DNA from: the human T2T-CHM13v2.0 reference genome, Homo sapiens
Strand: one strand, 5' to 3'
Assembly (NCBI RefSeq): GCF_009914755.1
Contig: NC_060927.1
DNA: 64,000 nt
In this document: positions 28,940 to 49,627 of the stretch, in pieces
Position numbering within the stretch: the first letter of the stretch is position 1
Layout: each line of letters begins with the position of its first letter
Notes under the pieces: model-generated
What the model was told of the DNA's origin: nothing
The model's database searches: none
Seen by the model: the letters and a program-made list of their open reading frames with translations, nothing else
Translations under genes and position numbers: made by a program

Positions 28940-29828
28940 CCTGAACAACCTTAGAAAGATCAAATGATAGTGGTTACGTTCAGGAACAAGGGGAGATTTA
29001 TTAAAATTTATTATGATAAAGAGGAAAGAGCATGTTTATATGACAAATTATATGGTGGACCTTTGTGCAGGGCACAGAGATAAGGTATTCCTACTAATTC
29101 CAGAACCTTACAGGCTCATTAGTGAAGACTACGAACAATCAGTGGAAGGGGCTGTACTCATGGAAACAGATGAGGAAACAGACTCAACGACGTGAAGTTA
29201 CTTATGAAAATTTGCGGAGCTACAAAGTGGCAGAACTGGGCTTGCACTTATCTCTCCCGCCTCCTAGTCCAGTTCTGAACACAGATTTTCACAGGAGAGT
29301 AAAAATAAAGAGGAACACCGCGGAATAAAGAAAGAGACTTAGAAAAAGGAGGCTGGCGCTCTCCAAGGATTAGTCCCTGCTTTAAAAAAATCTCTGTCCC
29401 AGAATGGAAACATGGTAATCTGTTTGCAAATTCCCAGTTTCCCAGCCCCCTAACTCCACCCTAGTGTTTGAGAGCGCTGTCCTATTTCTCTTAAATCTCC
29501 AGAGACTGACAATAATGACATCATTGCTTTGGCCATTTTTAATTTTATCTGCTAAAAGATTGAAACTTGGAATAAGTAGGTCACCATAAGTTGGAACAAA
29601 TGCGTCAAATGTTTCAGAAGCTCCAGCCTTAGAGCAAAACTAGAACTGTTAGTCAACCAAGATAAGCACCACCTTGGGAGAGGCATTTGATAATGTGTTT
29701 CTCATCATGTAATAATATTACAAACTGGCAGGATCAGGGGAAAAACATGCAGGTCATTTAAGTTCATCTCTCCGTCTTTTAGGAATGACTAAAATATGAA
29801 CCATCTAAGAAGGACAAAATCTGGTTGA

Positions 29829-30233
<405 letters not shown>

Positions 30234-31087
30234 TAGTTACTGAATTGAGGTAGTACTGCTGTTGGGCCTGCTTCTAGGTTGTCTCACTTAACCCTCAAAA
30301 CAGCTGTAGAGATCTCAGTCTACCTTTTCATTTTAGGGATAACAAAGCTGATACCCTAGAGAGGAGAAGTAACTTGCTAAAAGTAAATTTACACAAGAGG
30401 AAATGATATGAAAAACACTTAGAGAGATGTTTGGCTTGCTCAGCTACTAAGGAAATAGAAAAAAAGACCATGCTGAGATGCCTATCAAATCATCAAATAT
30501 TAATATTTTATATCAAATTTTATTTAATCCCAGTGATGATCAGACTGCAAAGAAAGAGGCACTCACATTTGTGGAAGGTATTGTAAATGCATTAAATTGG
30601 TATGATTGTTTTCAAAGGCAATCTGCTCATTTAAACCATGACTTATACAAAGGGTCCTACCCTATGACTGAGTGATCTGGTTTCTGGATTTACATCCTAA
30701 AGTTTTATACATTAAGAAAAATTATTTGCTCAGATTTTTAGAACAGCCTTATTCAATATTTGAGAACTCTAAGATGGCGTAGTCTGAACTCTTCCAAAAA
30801 CAGATAAACAGATTGAGACACATGAAGAAATGATTTTCTAAGAGTCTGAGCCAGGTCAGAATCCCATATTCTTGTCCAGTGATATTTTATTATGCTCTGG
30901 AGCATTTTGGTGAAAAATGGAAAACAATTCACATCTCCCCCAATGAAAAGGATAGTTTAACAAAATTGTGAAGAGCCTGGCTTCCTGGACTCAAATTGTG
31001 ACTCCATCAGTCACTAGCTGAGTGGTTTAAGGGAGGCACTTACTCTGTTTGTGTTTCACCCCCAAACCAGTGCAATATAGAATCTCT

Positions 31088-31258
31088 TGTATGTCCCAGC
31101 CATTGCTGCCACAACCAGGTTTTATGTAGGCTCAGATTGGCTTCGTGAAGTTGTGCAGGCAAACTATAGATACCTAGCTTCCAGCCCTCTTGCCTGCCTT
31201 TGTTGCCTAGCCTGAGGCTTCCCTGTTGATAACTGAGGTGTGACATGCACCAGCTCAG

Positions 31259-31299
<41 letters not shown>

Positions 31300-31650
31300 G
31301 TGTATGTCTCAGGGTAGTGGTGGGTGGATAAAATATTTCATGGGGCAGATGGGAACAGGTGGACAAACTTCCTCCTCCCTCCCCCTATACGACTGTCTAA
31401 AATGCAGCTTATGTAGCCTTTTGGAGAATTGTCTCCTGGGAAGACAGTCTTAGAAGTCTTAGATAGATGGATCTATCTATCACACTTGCTGGTAACTAGA
31501 TTAATCACATAGCCTCAAACGGATTCTTCCCCATTCCCTGCCTCACATTACTTTTCCTTCACTCTTGTCTCCCTGGAATTGCACCTTAAATAAAGTAGTG
31601 TATGGAATCCTTTGCTTCAGGTTTTGCTTTATTTTGAAGCCAGGCTAGAG
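31088..31650 (+). mobile_element. Old ERVL-type LTR (LTR16/LTR33-like) containing (GT)n at 31261-31294, inserted in a MIR
   Basis: aataaag...tgcttcaggttttgcttt...ccaggctagaga resembles ERVL LTR 3' ends; MIR-like sequence on both sides. Confidence 0.45.
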
Positions 31651-33424
31651 AGAGGGCTTTAGTGAGAAAACATTTAATAAGTAAAAATTGGTAAAGTGGT
31701 TAGAACAGTGCCTGACGCATAGTAATTACTATGTAAGTGTGGGCTATTCTTATTATATTGTATCACTGTGTAGCTCTGTAAAATAGCAAATATTTAGACT
31801 GTGCTGCTACGTAGAAAAATATATGTAAAATGTTAAGCAAAAACAGAACTCTAGAAAGCAAGCATCCAGGGATAATATCCCCATAAAAATTATATATACA
31901 CAGTGAAGATAGAAGAGATGACATAGAGTTGGAAATCACGATTCTGTAATGGGGACGAGGTGCTGTGTTTACGTTTCCACAGAGGTCGTTATTTATCCAA
32001 AGTGGAGTTTAAATAAATAGAATAAATACACTCTCTTTTCCCTCTGCTCAGAGATACAGTCCAGTGCTTATAACTCCTCAGAGCTGGAAAGTCTTTCCAT
32101 GCAAGACTTTTCTTTATACTATAATTTTAATCCAATTTTCCTTTAATTCATTGTTTATGAAGATTGGGAACCGTGGAGCAGCAGCTGTGATGAAACAACT
32201 CACTGTCTCTGCAAACAGAGGTCTCTGCTTCTACTTCTCATGGGGTGGTGAGATGATGGGCTCCTCTTTTGGGGGCTGCTTTGTCCCACACTCAGGGCTC
32301 AACCTCCTCTGTAGTGGGCCCTCAGCAGCACCTGACACGCAGCAAGAGTCTGAAAGTGACTTTTCTTCCTCTCTCTCCTCTTCCCTTTCCTCTCCTCACG
32401 CTCTTGGAGGCCAGAGTAGGAAGAAATGATATGCAAGTTATGAGAGACGGAGTCCTGAACTTGACTTCATTAGAATTTCATGTACATCATTGTGTGTGTG
32501 TGTGTGGTGTGTGTGGAGAAAAGCTTAATGTGAGCAGAGAACATTTTTCTATGGGGATGGGGATTGGGAAGACTCGTGATACGCCCTATTCTCATTTGTT
32601 TATCTGGGAGCCCAGTTCTGTGTTTGGTCATGTGACTGGTCTTGGTTTAAACTCTCTAACGGCCTCCTCTAGCACTTAGAGTCAAGCCTAACTTCTTGTC
32701 CTGGTGGCAGAGCCCTCCTGCAACCTGCCCCTGCTCACCTCTCAGAACTTGCCTCACACCTTTTCCTTGGCTCACCACTTTCTAGCTAACTCAGTCATTT
32801 TTGTTTGTTTCTCAAACATGCTAAACTTGTTTTCATCTACAGCTTTTTAGACTAACAGTCTAGAATACTCTTCCTCTCCATGTTCACCCATTTGGTTTCT
32901 TCTTGTCTTTCAAACCTCAGTGTAAATGTCACCTCTTCAGAGAAGCATTCTCTGGCCATGCAATCTAAGATACCTGAGTCATTCTTTTACCTTACCCAAT
33001 TCTGGTTCTCTGAAGAATGGCCATCTGGTTTTGTGTTCTTTGTTTAGATATTATTTGTTTGCTGTTTGACATAATCTTTGAAGAAGGGAGAACCTTGTGT
33101 GCCCTGTTCTTCTGTTCTTCCCCAAATTCTGTAATAGTGCCCAATACAGAGACACACTCAATAAGTATGTTGCATAAATATATATGAATGCACAGTGAAT
33201 GTTAGGTTAACGGGGGCTTCCAGGTGGTTCAGGAAGAGCAAAAGCTGCAAACGACAGCCGGACTTTTCTCTCTTGAGCTGAAAAGTAGGGCAGACCCATT
33301 GCTTTTCCACCCCTTTGTACATCAAAAACCATATTATTAACATCCTCCAGGTGGTAAAAGAAAAGAGGACACTAGCTGATCTATCTGTGCCATATAGTTT
33401 TTTGGTTCAGAATATTAACTACTT

Positions 33425-35830
<2,406 letters not shown>

Positions 35831-35968
35831 AATGAAAGAACTAATAATTATCAAGACCTTGAATCCAGATTCCATTACTTTATAGCTGCGCTATATTGAA
35901 CCAGGTACTATTTTCCTTAAGCCTCAGTTTTCTCATCACCTAAAATGTGTATAAGAGTATCTACATCG

Positions 35969-36251
35969 TGGCCGGGCGCAGTGGCTCACGCTTGTAATCC
36001 CAGCACTTTGGGAGGCCGAGGAGGGCGGATCATGAGGTCAGGAGATCGAGAACATCCTGGCCAACATGGTGAAACCCTGTCTCTACTAAAATACAAAAAA
36101 TTAGCAGGGTGTGGTGGCGCGTGCCTGTAGTCCCTGCTACTCAGGAGGCTGAGGCAGGGGAATCACTTCAACCCAGGAGGTGGAGATTGCAGTGAGCCGA
36201 GATCGTGCCACTGCACTCCAGCCTGGAGACAGAGCAAGACTCTGTTTCAAA

Positions 36252-36292
<41 letters not shown>
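35969..36292 (+). mobile_element. AluSc with (TAAA)n tail, inserted in a MIR
   Basis: TSD TAAGAGTATC(T/C)ACATC. Confidence 0.92.
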
Positions 36293-36294
<2 letters not shown>

Positions 36295-37177
36295 GAGTAT
36301 CCACATCTCATAGGGATGTTTGGTGAATTATAGGAGGCCATGTGTATATAGTTGTATGCACAGTGGCATATTAGTGAATACACAATAAATTTACCTGTTA
36401 ATATGGGGTCATTATTTTCAGAAGAAAAATCTTTAGAGGAGGCTGAATGTTATGGTGATAAGGAACAAAAGCTTTAATAAACAGTCATACTTAGCTTTGA
36501 ATTGCTTATCATCTTGGACACGTTAATCACTCTCTCTGAACTTTAGTTTCCTAATCCAAGAACAGTGATAGTAATATTCACTTTATTATATTGTGATGAG
36601 CATAACCATTAATACACATATAATGTCTGGTACTCAGTGAGTGTTCAATAAACGATAGCTGTAATTATGATTTCGAGTGGTTCAATAAGTAAAATATGAT
36701 TTCTTCTGACATTTAAAAATTACATTTACAAATATGTAATTCTAAATGATTAATTATGCAACAAAAGAAACAGCTGACGTTATGCAAATGTTTTCATTTG
36801 TACTGGGCTGGCCATTCACACATATTTTCCTATTCATAGCCAAAATAGTAATTGGTTGAAATGAGCACTGTTGCATTTTAATGAGCCCTTAAAAGGGCAA
36901 AAAAATTCTTCTAGTATAATACAGAATGGATTTTCCATGACAGTGTGTATTTTTCTATTTTGTTATTTTAATTTGCAAATGGAGTCCACAGGTGTATAAA
37001 TGACCTTCCTCATTTCATAATGCTTTCCATCTCTCATCTCAAGGATGTGTTTTAAAGTAAATTAAAGTTAGAGCCAAAGCAGCCCAGGGCCGGCTAGAAA
37101 GGCCTGGTGGCCTCTATGGGCTAGATGTGTAGAGACAAGCTGAATTTCTCCTGGGTTTATGTTTTTTTTCAGTTTGC

Positions 37178-37216
37178 TTATCATCATTGTCATCATCATC
37201 ATCATCATTATCATCA
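37178..37216. repeat. (CAT)n imperfect microsatellite
   Basis: Direct observation. Confidence 0.85.
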
Positions 37217-38411
37217 ACCAGGCTCTGATTATCCAAGAAAGGCTTTTTGGTTCTACAGCACCTCCGATCATATTGAACATTATTTAAGCTGTTTTTTGCT
37301 GTTTCTTTTCATTCATAGATCCATGAAAAGGGAAACTGTTGCTTTAAGATAATAAAGGATGCACATTTTAACAAAGGATACCACTCTGTCAGCCAGATGT
37401 GTAAAAACACACCTTCAGCAAAAGACATTTCTCATAAGTTAGATTATCTTTCACTGTGAATTAAAAATGTTCTGAAATGGCTGATACGGTTTTACTGCTG
37501 CTTATGAATGGCATTCTAGAGGTTATTGATGGGAATGGAAGAACAGAATACTTGAAGCACAAAGCTGGAAAGGATCTTAGAAATTTAGCCTAATATTGTT
37601 ATCATATCAAAGACGAAAATGGAAATCTAGAGAAGAAAGTACCAGGCACGTGTTATCCAACAGGCAAGAGGCAGAGTCAAGATGAAAACCCAGGTCTCCT
37701 GCCTGCAGGACAGGTTAATTTTCTCTATATCACATCATCTCTTCAACAACATCTCTCTGTTTTTTCTGTTCTACTTTTTAACCCCACGTTCGCAAAGTTT
37801 ATTTAATTACTTTGGTTCATAGAATACTATCATCATTAATGCATACTGAGACTCTTTCATGTTTTATTATTGTACATTTTTTCTCCACTCATAATTGTCA
37901 TTCCCAGCCCTTTCTCCCCCTTAGACACTTATTCTACTGTATTTGCTATGTCCTTAAGTATGAAAATGCTGCTTTATCTATGGATTTTTATTTACTTAAA
38001 TGTACTGTGCTAGACATTTTCATTCAGTACTGTGCTTTTAGGTCTGTCCATGTGACTACATGTTAATTTGCTCTGACCATGGCTTAGAATTCCAGACTAT
38101 TAACTTATCACATTTTACTCATCTATTCCTCTCTGGTGAATACTAGGTAACTTCTATATTTAATACCACAAACAATGCTGCCACAATTAAGTTCTTTTGT
38201 TTAAATATGGAGTCTCCTTATGTGGCCTAGGTTGGACTCAAACTCCTGGGCACAAGTGATCCTCCTTCCTCAGCCTCCTGAGTAGCTGGGACTGCAGGTG
38301 TGTGCCACTGTGCCTAGCTTTATCTCGTATTTGTCTCTTAGTGAACTCATGGGAGAAATGTTCTGGGTATATCCATTGTTGGGATTGTTGGGTCATAAGG
38401 TACAACCATTC

Positions 38412-38722
<311 letters not shown>

Positions 38723-38806
38723 CCAGCCAACTGTTCTTAATGTTGCTAAATATTGCCAGATTTCTTTCTACAAAGGCTGTATGTTTTACACTCAAAACCA
38801 TCAGCA

Positions 38807-39158
<352 letters not shown>

Positions 39159-39401
39159 TCAATAATCAGTCTTATCTTCCTTTCTTTTCTTCCTCTCTTT
39201 CACAAAACTATCCTACATTTTCTTCTGACAACTTTGTAGTTTAAGATTTAGGTCCTTAATCCACCTAAAGTCTATGTTTAGATATGGTACAAGGCAGGAC
39301 AACACTTTTGCATTTCTTCATGTAATATTAATATTTCAGTTTTCTCAATACTTTCTGAGTAGGCACTTCATTCATGCACCTCTACTCCACTCCAGTTACA
39401 T

Positions 39402-40650
39402 TTCTTTATTTTTATTTTATAATTTAAACCTTTATTTTAGATTCAGGGGGTACATGTGCAGGTTTGTTACATGGATATATTGCGTGATGCTGAGGTTTGG
39501 GGTATGACTGATCCCATCACCCAGTTAATGAGCATAGTACTCAATAGTTATTCAACCGTTGCTCCCTCCTCTCCCTCCCTTCTATAGTGGTCTCCAGCGT
39601 CTATTATTGCCTTCTTTGTGTCCATGAGTATTCAATGTTTAGCTCCCACTTCTAGGTAGGAACACGAGGTATTTGGGTTTTGGTTCCTGCACTAATTCTG
39701 TTAGGATATTGGTGGCCAGCTGCATCCACATTGATGCAAAGAACATGATTTCATTCTTTTTTTATGATTGCATAGTATTCCATGGTGTATATGTACCACA
39801 TTTTATTTATCCAGTCCACTGTTGATTGGCATGTAGGTTGATTCCACGTCTTTGCTGTTGTGAAGAGTGCTGTGATGCCCATATGAGTCCATGTGTCTTT
39901 TGGGTAGAATGATTTCTGATGGATATATAACCAGTAAAAAGATTGCTGGGTCAAATGGTAGTTCTGCTTTTAAGTTTTTTGAGAATCTCCCATCTGTTTT
40001 CCATAGTGGTTGAACTAATTTACATTCCCGCCAACAATGTGTAAGCATTCCCTTTTCCCTGCAGCCTTGCCAGCGTCTGTTGCTTTTTTATTTTTTAGTA
40101 ATAGCCACTTTGACTGGTGTGAGATGGTATTTCATTGCGGTTTTGATTTGCGTTTTTCTGATGATTAGTGACATTGAACATTTTCCCATATGTTTTGTGG
40201 GCCACTTGTATGTCTTCTTTTGATAAGTGTCTTTTCATGTCTTTGCCCATTTTTTAACGGGGTTACTGGTTTTTGCTTGTTGAATTGTTTAATATTCTTA
40301 TAGATTCTGGACATTAGACCTTTGTCAGATGCATAGTTTGCAAATATTTTCTCCCACTCTGTAAGTTGTCTGTTTACTCTAGTGATAGTTTCTTTTGCTG
40401 TGCAGAAGCTCCTTAGTTTCATAAGTTTCCATTTGTCAATTTTTGCTTTTGTTGCCATTGCTTTTGAGGACTTAGTCACAAATTATTTCCCAAGATCAAT
40501 GTCCAAAATGGTGTTTCCTGGGTTTCCTTCTAGTATCCTTATAGTTTGAGGTCTTACATTTAAGTCTTTAATCCATCTTGAGTTATTTTTCATGTATAGT
40601 GAAAGGTAGGGGTCCATTTTCATTTTTCTGCATATGGCTAGCCAGCTATC
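39402..40650 (-). mobile_element. 5'-truncated older L1PA (L1PA13-16-like) 3' end
   Basis: ttttagattcagggggtacatgtgcaggtttgttacatgg 3'UTR; ORF2 C-terminal remnants in the ORF track. Confidence 0.85.
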
Positions 40651-40746
40651 TCAGTTGCATATATTGAACTGTTTATTTTTGTCATCCAGTCCCATTAAAA
40701 TGCTTCACGATAGACATTTTCTACTGGGTTCAAGAAGATATCTTGA

Positions 40747-41084
<338 letters not shown>

Positions 41085-42267
41085 CCACAAACTCTAAATT
41101 CTGAGAAGAATAGTGGTTGTCCTAATTAGACATTTTGTTGGCAAATGGGGCCAAGGACAAGGAGTCAGGATTCCAGGGTTTAAAGTCTATAGACTATTCA
41201 TGGCATTAAAGACAGCCTATTACAATAAGGGAACCTGCAATTCAGCAGGTGAGCACAACTTCTCATGGGTACGGATAAGAGGATTAGACCCGACTGCACT
41301 CCATGATGTGGTCTGAAGATGCTGACCGATCTTGACTCCTCTCGCAAGTTCAGCCACCTCAATTAGAATATGACCTTCATTTGATGTAGTGAGCTCCCAA
41401 TTAAAATTTTATGCGAAGAGTTTTTGAAGCTAAAGAAATTTTTAGAAAACTACTGGTATAGATAATCCCATGAGTTTTTCTAAATTTTCCTGTTCTCCAA
41501 GTTGGCTATTCAGAATAATAGGTAAGAAGTATTACAGTATCTGCGCTCTGCACATTGAGGGTCAATAAATATTTGATGAACAAAAGAAGGTTGATGATAC
41601 CAGGAGAAAGGAATGGGTCAGGTCGTTTTCATTTTTTTACTGTCAGTAAGCCATAGAGGAGCAGGGCAATTTTTTTAAACAGAGAAGTGAATTGCTATTT
41701 TCTTTTTTTCATAAATTAAGTAACACTGACATACTTTCTTAATGTTGCATTAAAACAACTCAACTTTATGAAGGGGTTCTCACTCTAGTGAAGAGTGATG
41801 AGCAGATGATAGAAATGGCTTATATAGTGACCCAAAGAATGCACACACTACTAAATTGTGCGATTTCTTTGCTTTATGTTCAAGTGTATGAAAATTACTT
41901 GAGTGAGCCCTAAGATCTAGCTGCTTTTGGAACAGATTACAGTCTGTGTGTGTGTGTCTGTGTGTAAGTGTGCATGTCTATGTGTGTGTGCATGTATGTG
42001 TATCTGTTTGTGTAAGTGTGTATGTGTATGTTGTTTGGAGGGAATTCTGTGTCACAGTTGTGTGGTCATAGGAATTCGGAAAGAAAGAAAACCTTAACCT
42101 GAGCAGGGATGGTTCAGATGATTTCTCAGATGAAGTGACAGAGATTGTTGAGAAAATGTAATTTGAGCCCACAGAAAACCCATTGTAAGCACTCCAATTC
42201 CTGGCTACAAACTGCACTTTATTCTTCAGGAAAATATCCTGGACTCAATCTTTAATCCTTTTACAAA

Positions 42268-42581
<314 letters not shown>

Positions 42582-45500
42582 CCTTATTCAATTCTTAATG
42601 ATATCTTTAGGCAACAGTGTAGCTCAGTAAAGAGTCCAATTCTGCCCTCAGATGTGTGGAGAGAAGCCACCCAAGGCAGGAAAAGCACCTCAATCCCTGG
42701 GGTAAATGAAGGCCTGTGCATGGAAAGCTTCTTTTGGTAGACGTTCACAAGCTCAATACTTAGACGTGATATATCTCCATCCGTGGAGGACTGTTTCTTT
42801 GGGGAGAGTTCTGCAGATGTATGCAGCCTCAGTTAGCACGGCAGGTAAAGTTTGGGGAAATTAAACCATGCCAGGAGGGAATAAATGGGCGAAGGGGCTG
42901 TTTAGAGCCTGAAGTGAACGCCCTTATGGAAGTCTGAAACTAATGTGGGAAAAGGCAAGCTAAATGATTCCTATTTGGTGATTTGTTTGAAATGTTTTGA
43001 TGAAGGTTATGGAGAGGAAGACTCCAGTTTCATCATCTGAGAGCCATTGGATCTAAAAAAGGTGAGGCATCTTCTACTGGGAGCTCAACCAGTTAGAGGA
43101 AACCGATGCAGATGTGATTTCTCTGCTTTCCATCTCTTCACATAAATCCAACAAAATATCTTCTGCCTAGAGCTCTGCTTTCAATGTGTGCAATTATTCA
43201 TCCATTTCCTCAATGTATATTAACTGTGTGCGAGGCACCAAGGCAGGAGCTGGGGAATCAGGGGGGTTATGGGCCATACCATCAAGAGTCCCACAGTTTG
43301 GTTGGAGAGGAAGATAAGAAAACCTGCCATGACAGGATTTCCACACAACAGGGAGACAGTGACAGGAAGGTAATCAGGGAGGCAGTCTTGGGTGCTGTCC
43401 ACAAGCACAGACTCTGGTAACAGCTCTGTTCTTATCCCAGCCCTGCCATTTAGTAGCTGTGTGATCTGGAGCCAGTTACGTCAACTCTCTGTGTTGCAAT
43501 CTCCTCAATTGTGAAATGAAACTCGTAACACCAACCTCAAGGATTTGTTGTATGGGTTAAATGAGTTAATACATGTGAAGTGTTTAGTAAAGCACCAGCA
43601 TGTACAATGTGCTCACAGCCCGCAGAGAACTGCAAGGGCAGGGACCCTTTCAGCTGCACCTCAACTGTCACTCCCTGTCTTCAGTTCTCAGCTGAGTCCA
43701 GCAGTTCCTGGGCAAGATGAGGAAGAAACAGTTACCATCATTTCCCCCTCAAACCAAAGGGAAATGAGTGACTCACTCCAGCATCACGGAATGTCTGAAA
43801 GGGGATTTCTTTCTTTATCTAAAGGAAATTTTGGCAGGAAAAGTAGACTAAAACTATTCCCCAACGTAGGCAGCTCTTGTAAAATGATTTGTTAACTTAA
43901 TATTTCTATGAACTTGTATTAAATACTTACCATATGCTAGGAACTGTGGGCTATAGGGTAACAGCCTGCATTTATTGATCCCTCACATGTGCTAAGCACT
44001 GTAGAAAGTACCGCATTTATCTAATATTCACAATACATCCTCATGAAGTAGGTTCATTATCATTCAAAGGAAGAAACTGAAACAGAGAGAGGTTAACAAA
44101 TAACTTGCCAAGGTTCTACAGCAAGATAGGAAATAGTGGAGCAGGGATTTGAACTTGGGAAGAATGAGTGGAGAGTCCAAAGCCTGACCACTATGTTTTC
44201 CTGTCTTAAGAAAATATAATCACTTTCTGCAAGGAGTGCTTATTCTAGTGAAGGAGCCAGAAAAGAACAGATAATTAATATACAGTGTAATCTATGCTCT
44301 ATAAAGGTGTGAACAGAGTTCTGTGGAAGCACAGAGGAGGGAGGAAATTACTTTGGCTGGGAGAACCAGTTTTAGCTGTAATAAGCAAAGTACTCAAGAT
44401 TACACAAAATTTCCAAAATATGTACAAACCTGGAATGATGAAAATCTGTCACAGAGAAAGAAAAGCTTACATTCAAAGATGACTAAAAACTATAAACCTG
44501 TCTAGGTAATCAGCCTCTAAATGATCAAGAGTCAAAGTTACATTTTTGAGTCTATGACATCAGGTGTAATATGCATATTACTGCTTTGGTGTGACTGACC
44601 ACACTGCACTTTGCTAACTGTCAAAACCATATATTTCAAGTCCCAGCTCAAGTTCTATCTTGGAAGGGAGTGGCCACAACTTATTAGTCTTTATTCTTTT
44701 TGGTATCCTCTGTCTCATCTATATTAGGTGCCTATCTCACTGCCTGGCTCAAGGTAGTAGCTCAAATGTGTTCATTCTGCGTCTTTTAGAAGTTGATTAA
44801 TCTGTTTTTGTTTAGTTCAAGGCCTAATTTTTTCTCTCTCACCTTTCACTATTTTCATTTCACATCTCATTTATATTTCTCACAGATGTTACTAGGAGTC
44901 AAACTCTAAAATTCACCCATTTCAACATTTGGGAAAGAATGCATCAAAATGCGATCTCAAGATGGATTCTGGTGGTAACTTTTGGGTTTTCTTTATCAAT
45001 GTCCCTCTTTGTCACTCATAGGAAAAATTAGCTTAAACTTAGTGGGAAAAAAATTTGGTTCCATATTGCTCAAGATATGTCCTGACTACCTGTTCAGGTC
45101 TGATTTTTGAGTAGCGGGTAACAACCAGTACACATCTTTCTCCAGCTCTTGACATCAAAACCGTCTGTTCAGAACGAGAGGGAAGAGAAAGAGAAAGGGG
45201 AGAATGAGCGTGGGAAGAAAGATAGAGAAAATGATTCTGTCAGTCTAGGGTCAAAAATAAATGGAGGAGGCAAGAATGTCCTGCAAAATGCTTTGAATAA
45301 TGTTATAATAAATTACCAACGCTTACGAGGTTAAATGAATTGTGTCCCTGCTGACATTAAGTAAGGATTTGAGGTAGAATATCAATCTTCAGTAAGTGTC
45401 ATCCTTTTGAGCTCAAATCAGTGGGCATCATTTTGTCTGATCAAGCACCAGTCCAGTTGTAGCTGAGAACTAGCTGGTACCTACAGTAATAGCTGATTTG

Positions 45501-45672
45501 TCAGTTACCCTGCTCAGGTGCCCAATCATTGCAGAACTGCTCCTGAAAGTACAGTCTTTGACTTTGATATCTTTTAAACACACTTCCAGGACACCTAAAA
45601 TTCCTCTGTTACATCAAGTCTCTCATTGTGTTTACATAGACTTCTGCTACCCTAACCTGGCCCTACTCCATC

Positions 45673-46029
45673 TGTATTAGTCTATTCCTATGCTACTAAT
45701 AAAAACATACCTGAGACTGGGTAATTTATAAAGGAAAGAGATTTAATGGACGCACAGTTCCACATGGCTGGGGAGGCTTCACAGTCGTGATTAGAAGGCA
45801 AAGGAGAAGAAAAACATGTCTTACATGGTGGCAGGAAAGAGAGTTTGTGCAGGGGAACTCCCATTTATAAACCATCAGATCTCATGAGACTTACTCACCA
45901 TCACGAGAACAGTATGGGGGAAACTGCCCCCATGAATCAATTATCTCCACCTGGCCCCACCCTTGACATGTGGGGATTATTACAGTTCAAGGTGAGATTT
46001 GAGTGGGGACACAGAGTCTAACCATATAA
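45673..46029 (-). mobile_element. THE1C-like MaLR solo LTR
   Basis: Matches the recalled THE1 consensus; 5-bp TSD CCATC at 45668-45672 and 46030-46034. Confidence 0.9.
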
Positions 46030-46893
46030 CCATCTGTTGTTACAGATTTTTCTTATTCATAGTTTTCTAGTAATTAATGTCAAAATGATAAGATAGGATC
46101 TCAGCATATCTCAGTATCTCATGAGGATGCAAGTTTATTCTTAAATACTTTATATAGAATTTACTAAGATGAAAGGAGATTTTTTTCTTTTATTTATTTA
46201 TTTATTATTATTATACTTTAAGTTTTAGGGTACATGTGCACAATGTGCAGGTTAGTTACATATGTATACATGCACCATGCTGGTGCACTGCACCCACTAA
46301 CTCGTCATCTAGCATTAGGTATATCTCCCAGTGCTATCCCTCCCCCCTCCCCTCACCCCACAACAGTCCCCAGAGTGTGATGTTCCCCTTCCTGTGTCCA
46401 TGTGTTCTCATTGTTCAATTCCCACGTATGAGTGAGAATATGCAGTGTTTGGTTTTTTGTTCTTGGCGATAGTTTACTGAGAATGATGATTTCCAATTTC
46501 ATCCATGTCCCTACAAAGGACATGAACTCATCATTTTTTATGGCTGCATAGTATTCCATGGTGTATATGTGCCACATTTTCTTAATCCAGTCCATCATTG
46601 TTGGACATTTGGGTTGGTTCCAAGTCTTTGCTATTGTGAATAATGCCGCAATAAACATACGTGTGCATGTGTCTTTATAGCAGCATGATTTATAGTCCTT
46701 TGGGTATATACCCAGTAATGGGATGGCTGGGTCAAATGGTATTTCTAGTTCTAGATCCCTGAGGAATCGCCACACTGACTTCCACAATGGTTGAACTAGT
46801 TTACAGTCCCACCAACAGTGTAAAAGTGTTCCTATTTCTCCACATCCTCTCCAGCACCTGTTGTTTCCTGACATTTTCATGATTGCCATTCTA

Positions 46894-49579
<2,686 letters not shown>

Positions 49580-49627
49580 TTATTTTGCTCGTTAGTTGAT
49601 GCAGTTTCTTCCTAGTCTCGATGGTCT

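Noticed and set aside
37068-37352. Poly-His / poly-Met ORFs
   Set aside because: Translations of the (CAT)n microsatellite.
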